Notes under the pieces: generated by a model
What the model saw: the letters and a program-made list of their open reading frames with translations, nothing else
What the model was told of the DNA's origin: nothing
The model's database searches: none
Origin: an uncultured Verrucomicrobiae bacterium
GTDB taxonomy: Bacteria > Verrucomicrobiota > Verrucomicrobiia > Palsa-1439
Length of the DNA: 64,000 bases
NCBI GenBank assembly: GCA_963817685.1
Contig: CAWFPN010000022.1
Span: forward strand, 40,197-104,196
Reading direction: 5' to 3'
Shown: piece after piece, positions 63,205-64,000 of the stretch
Layout of the letters: every line of letters starts with the position of its first letter
Position numbering within the stretch: position 1 is the first letter of the stretch
Made by a program: the position numbers and the translations under genes

Positions 63205-63395
63205 TCACCTTCGCCCGCTCGCACCCGCTCGCACCCGCTCCGCCAGCGCCGCAAACGGACGTTCCACCACGGGCGCCTCGGCCTGCAGCAGTCCGAGCAA
63301 CTTGATTTCCAAAGGATCGGTGACGGCACTTATGGTGTCCTGATGCTCAAATCGTTTAACATGCGCGCGCGGCCGTTGTCGAGTCGGCGCACCGC
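63205..63395 (-). pseudogene. Degenerate duplicate of the ahb-like gene 5' end and of the region upstream of the Crp/Fnr gene
   Basis: ISAVTDPLEIKLLGLLQAEAPVVERPFAALA versus MSAVTDPIDIKLLELMQAAVPVCERPFAELA, ATG changed to ATA; CGGCCGTTGTCGAGTCGG versus CGGCCATTGTCGAGTCGG at 62088. Confidence 0.8.
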
Positions 63396-63471
63396 CATCC
63401 CGCAAGTGTTGGTTGTAAATTGGTTCTGATTCAAATTGACGGGGCATTTGGGCAAACCTACATTTCAGACG

Positions 63472-64000
63472 ATGAAGTATGCGGTGATCATTGCCCTTTG
63501 CCTGCTGGTTGGATTTCCGGCGCGATCATTGGCGGCCCCTCCGATCGAGAAGGTTCTCGCGTGGCTTGAGCAGACAAACGAACGAATCCGTGTGGTGAAG
63601 ACCGCGGGTTACACGCATGAATACCTTTGGGATGACTCGACGTCGTCCTGGAAAGTCACCCCGGAGACATCCACATTTGATTGCGTCATGGAGAACAAAC
63701 CGAAGGGCCGGTATGTCCTGAATCAAACCCCTTTGATTAACCGCTGGATCGCAGGAACGGCGCCTTACCTGGCAACGTGGGCAACCGAGTTTCGAGATGG
63801 CGGGGGGTTCATCACGTACTGGAGCCGGGCTACGCAGTCTTACGATGGCAGGCAATTTCTGGGGGTGCCGCAGTCGCGGTGCATGGGCGATCTGGCTGAT
63901 CGAAGGAAGGATTCGGCAGACACGGTCGGCCACGAGATGTTTCTCTCAGGGTTGCGGTTTACTGGATTTGAGGCTGTCAACCATACTCCGGTTGCTGCTC
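63472..64000 (+). CDS. Secreted hypothetical protein, truncated by the window end
   Basis: Open frame from ATG 63472 to the end; signal peptide MKYAVIIALCLLVGFPARSLA; TTGACG-17-TACATT just upstream. Confidence 0.7.
   Translation, partial: MKYAVIIALCLLVGFPARSLAAPPIEKVLAWLEQTNERIRVVKTAGYTHEYLWDDSTSSWKVTPETSTFDCVMENKPKGRYVLNQTPLINRWIAGTAPYLATWATEFRDGGGFITYWSRATQSYDGRQFLGVPQSRCMGDLADRRKDSADTVGHEMFLSGLRFTGFEAVNHTPVAA

Overview
High-GC bacterial window; the gene content and repeat style suggest Verrucomicrobiota, which is inference only. Scattered single-base frameshifts in conserved genes (carB, nifJ, hoxY, acd, cydB, CBS-kinase) look like uncorrected long-read errors. 1-21.6 kb is mostly housekeeping: a secreted Gly-rich adhesin, thyX, prfC, ruvB, dapF, pyrD, an ABC transporter, a glycosyltransferase, a RluA-family synthase and an MFS transporter. 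carB is split into two genes separated by a PIN toxin-antitoxin-like pair, an orphan gene and two bactofilins. 22-63 kb is an anoxia-response island. Two minus-strand operons encode ADP-forming acetate-CoA ligase, a kinase/DRTGG accessory module, a HydABC-SL-type (probably electron-bifurcating) [NiFe]-hydrogenase, malic enzyme, hyp genes and PFOR, together a hydrogenosome-like malate-to-acetate+H2+ATP route. The island also has divergent cydAB, a globin-PAS histidine kinase with a sigma54 activator, and a DNR-type/NirK/NnrS NO module. The main find is a regulon readable in the DNA. Three sigma54 promoters each carry a pair of (T)GACA-N3-TGTCA palindromes exactly 30 bp apart, and a perfect copy of the palindrome overlaps the -35 of the globin-kinase operon. 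A composite 10-bp-period repeat element, REP-like hairpins and many apparently leaderless genes are also present. No rRNA, tRNA, CRISPR array or transposase was recognised.
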